Below are positions 61,224 through 64,000 of a DNA stretch of 64,000 bases, one piece after another. The stretch lies in NCBI GenBank assembly GCA_963422645.2, contig CAXXVO010000004.1, forward strand, positions 32,001 through 96,000, given 5' to 3'. The notes under the pieces are model-generated. The model saw only the letters and a list, made by a program, of their open reading frames with translations, was not told the origin of the DNA and did no database searches. Position 1 is the first letter of the stretch. Every line of letters starts with the position of its first letter. Source of the DNA: Alphaproteobacteria bacterium (GTDB taxonomy: Bacteria > Pseudomonadota > Alphaproteobacteria > UBA828). The position numbers were made by a program, and so were the translations under genes.

Positions 61224-64000
61224 GTGCGTCTTGAGGATTTGAAGCCGGGCGCGTTCGTCGGCGGTCTGGCGCCCGGCGGGGCGACCAGGCGGTCAAGATC
61301 ACCTACGAAGACGTGTCCGGCGCGGTCGCGAACCGTCTCGTCTACCGCAACGAGGAGCCTGCGCTGGACGTGATCGAGGCCGGACGTCCGTGGTCGTTCG
61401 ACGGCGACGGGGCGCTCCTGCGTCTCGTCTCGGAAGCCTGGCGTATCCGGCTCGCCCACCTGTTCGACCCCTATCTCGCCGTGCACGCCGCGCGCATCGA
61501 GCCGCTGCCGCACCAGATCGCGGCGGTCTACGGGGAGATGCTGCCGCGCCAGCCGCTGCGGTTCCTGCTGGCCGACGATCCGGGCGCCGGCAAGACGATC
61601 ATGGCCGGTCTGCTGATCAAGGAGTTGATGATCCGGGGCGATATCGAGCGCTGCCTGATCGTGGCGCCCGGCGTCCTGGCGGAGCAGTGGCAGGACGAGC
61701 TCGACGGCAAGTTCGGCCTGCCCTTCGACATCCTGACGCGCGAGCAGGCGGAGGCGGCCCGGATCGGCAATCCGTTCGCCGGGCGCGACCTGCTCATCGC
61801 CCGCCTCGACATGCTGTCGCGCAACCCGGAGATGCAGTCGCGGCTCACGGCGGCGCGCGAGTGGGATCTCATCGTGGTCGACGAGGCGCACCGCATGTCG
61901 GCGAGCTTTTTCGGGGGTGAGGTCAAATACACCAAACGTTACCGGGTCGGCCAGCAGCTTGGCGGACTCTGCCGCCATTTCCTGCTGATGACGGCGACAC
62001 CCCACAACGGCAAGGAGCAGGATTTCCAGCTCTTCATGGCGCTGCTCGACGCCGACCGCTTCGAGGGCCGTTTCCGCGACGGCGTGCACCGTGCGGACGT
62101 GTCGGACCTGATGCGCCGGCTCACCAAGGAGGAGCTGCTGCGCTTCGACGGAAGGCCGCTCTTTCCCGAGCGCCGCGCGGAGACCGTCAAATACATGCTC
62201 TCCGACGCCGAGGCCGCGCTCTACGCGGCGGTGACGGATTACGTGCGGGACGAGATGAACCGCGTGGAGCGCTTCGCAGCGGAGGGCGGCGACCGGCGGA
62301 TGCGGAACGTCGGCTTCGCGCTGACCATCCTTCAGCGCCGTCTCGCGTCCTCGCCCGCCGCCATACACGAATCGCTCCGCCGACGGCGCGAGCGGCTCGA
62401 GGCGCGCCTCGCCGAGGAGCGGCTGGCGAAGCGCGGCCGGGAGGCTCGGCCCGGCGCAGGGGTGGGCCTCCCGGAGTGGTTCGACGAAGACGAGGACGCA
62501 CTCGATGAGGCGCCCGGCGCGGAGGCGGAGGCGGAGGCGGCCGAGGACGCCATCGTGGATCGGGCCACGGCGGCGCGCACCGTTGCCGAGCTCGAAGCCG
62601 AGATCGCGACGCTGCGCCGCCTCGAGGCGCAGGCCGCGGCCCTTCGCCGCGCGGGCGCGGACACCAAGTGGACCGAGCTCAACGGGATTCTCGACCACCC
62701 GCTGATGACGGACGGCGACGGCAACCGCCGCAAGCTCATCGTGTTCACCGAGCCGCGCGATACGCTTAACTATCTCGCCGAGCGCATCCGCACGCGGCTG
62801 GGCCGCCCGGAAGCCGTCGTGGCAATCCATGGCGGCGTCGGACGCGAGGAGCGCCGCAAGGCGGTCGAGGCGTTCACCCACGACAAGGAGGTGCTCGTCC
62901 TGGTGGCCAACGACGCCGCCGGCGAGGGAATCAACCTGCAGCGCGCGCACCTGATGGTGAACTACGATCTGCCCTGGAACCCCAACCGGCTGGAGCAGCG
63001 CTTCGGGCGCATTCACCGCATCGGCCAAATGGAGGTGTGCCACTGCTGGAACCTGGTCGCCGACGATACGCGCGAGGGCGAGGTGTATGCGCGGCTGCTC
63101 GACAAGATCGAAGCGGCGCGGGCGGCGCTCGGCGGCAAGGTGTACGACGTGCTCGGGCGCCTTTTCGAGGCCCGTGCGCTGCACGAGCTGCTGATCGACG
63201 CGATCCGCTACGGCGATCGGCCGGAGGTGAAGGCGCGCCTGCTCCAGACAGTGGACGATGCGGCGGGACGGCAGCAGCTTCTGGATCTGATCGAGGAGCG
63301 GGCGCTCGTCAGGGACACGATGAGCGCGGCGGATGTCGCGCGGATGCGCGAGAACATGGAGCGCGCCGCTGCGCGGCGACTGCAACCCTTCCACATCCAG
63401 AGCTTTTTCCTCGAGGCGTTCCGTCATCTCGGCGGCAGGGCGCACCGGCGCGAGACCGGGCGATGGGAGGTCGCGCGGGTGCCCGGCCCGGTGCACGACC
63501 GTGACCGCCTGATCGGGACCGGCGCGCCCGTGCAATCGCGATACGAGCGCATCTGCTTCGAAAAGGAGCGGATCGACCGCGCACCCGTAGCCGCTTGGCT
63601 CTGTCCCGGCCATCCGTTGCTCGATGCGACGCTGGACCTGGTCCTCGAACGCCACCGCGACCTGCTGAAACAGGGCGCCGCGCTGGTGGACGAAACCGAC
63701 GGCGGCGCGGCGTTGCGGGTGCTGTTCTATCTCGAGCACGCGGTGCAGGACGGGCGTACGGGCCGCGACGGACGGCAGCGGGTGGTCTCGCAGCGACTCC
63801 AGTTCATCGAGGTGGACGGAAGCGGACGCATCCGCGACGCGGGTCCGGCGCCCTATCTCGACTACCGGCCGCTCGAAGAGGGCGAACGGCCGCGGATCGC
63901 GGATGCATTGAAGGCGTCCTGGCTCACGGAGGACCTCGAGGGCACGGCCGTCGACCACGCGATCGCCCAACTCGCGCCGCGCCATGTGGAGGAGGTTCGC
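61224..64000 (+). CDS. SNF2-family helicase (DrmD/DUF3883-like), frameshifted near 61282, runs off the window
   Basis: Translated by hand from 61283: IEPLPHQI, RFLLADDPGAGKTIMAG, VDEAHRM, MTATPHNG, DLPWNPNRLEQRFGRIHRIGQ; absent from the ORF track because no stop occurs in the window. Confidence 0.88.

Noticed and set aside
61019-63985. 988-aa minus-strand ORF
   Set aside because: Antisense shadow of the plus-strand helicase

Overview
GC-rich bacterial window, probably alphaproteobacterial (inferred from gene families). A short host segment (sthA cut at its 5' end, a GGCT-like gene, ubiA; about 2.9-6.3 kb) sits beside an IS-riddled accessory region. That region contains a RIT tyrosine-recombinase trio broken by nested insertions, a MOBF relaxase module with a candidate oriT and leading-region gene, and a PIN/DUF433 toxin-antitoxin pair. 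It also holds a type I RM system, AbiE, a SWIM-SNF2 helicase with a large 2OG-Fe(II) oxygenase, an S24 repressor and a second SNF2 helicase. At least 17 IS or IS-like elements or relics are present (IS4, IS1380, IS21, IS3, IS66, IS1595, IS110 and one unclassified DDE element). The highlights are: two identical inverted IS110 copies whose non-coding leader contains motifs matching both reconstructed target sites and the donor junction (bridge-RNA-like); an IS66 carrying a translationally coupled adenine methyltransferase; an unclassified 2.5-kb IS with clear TIRs and TSD; and a SWIM-SNF2/UPF0149-like/2OG gene neighbourhood of unknown function. Family calls come from motif recognition by eye, not database searches. 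No rRNA, tRNA or CRISPR array was seen.
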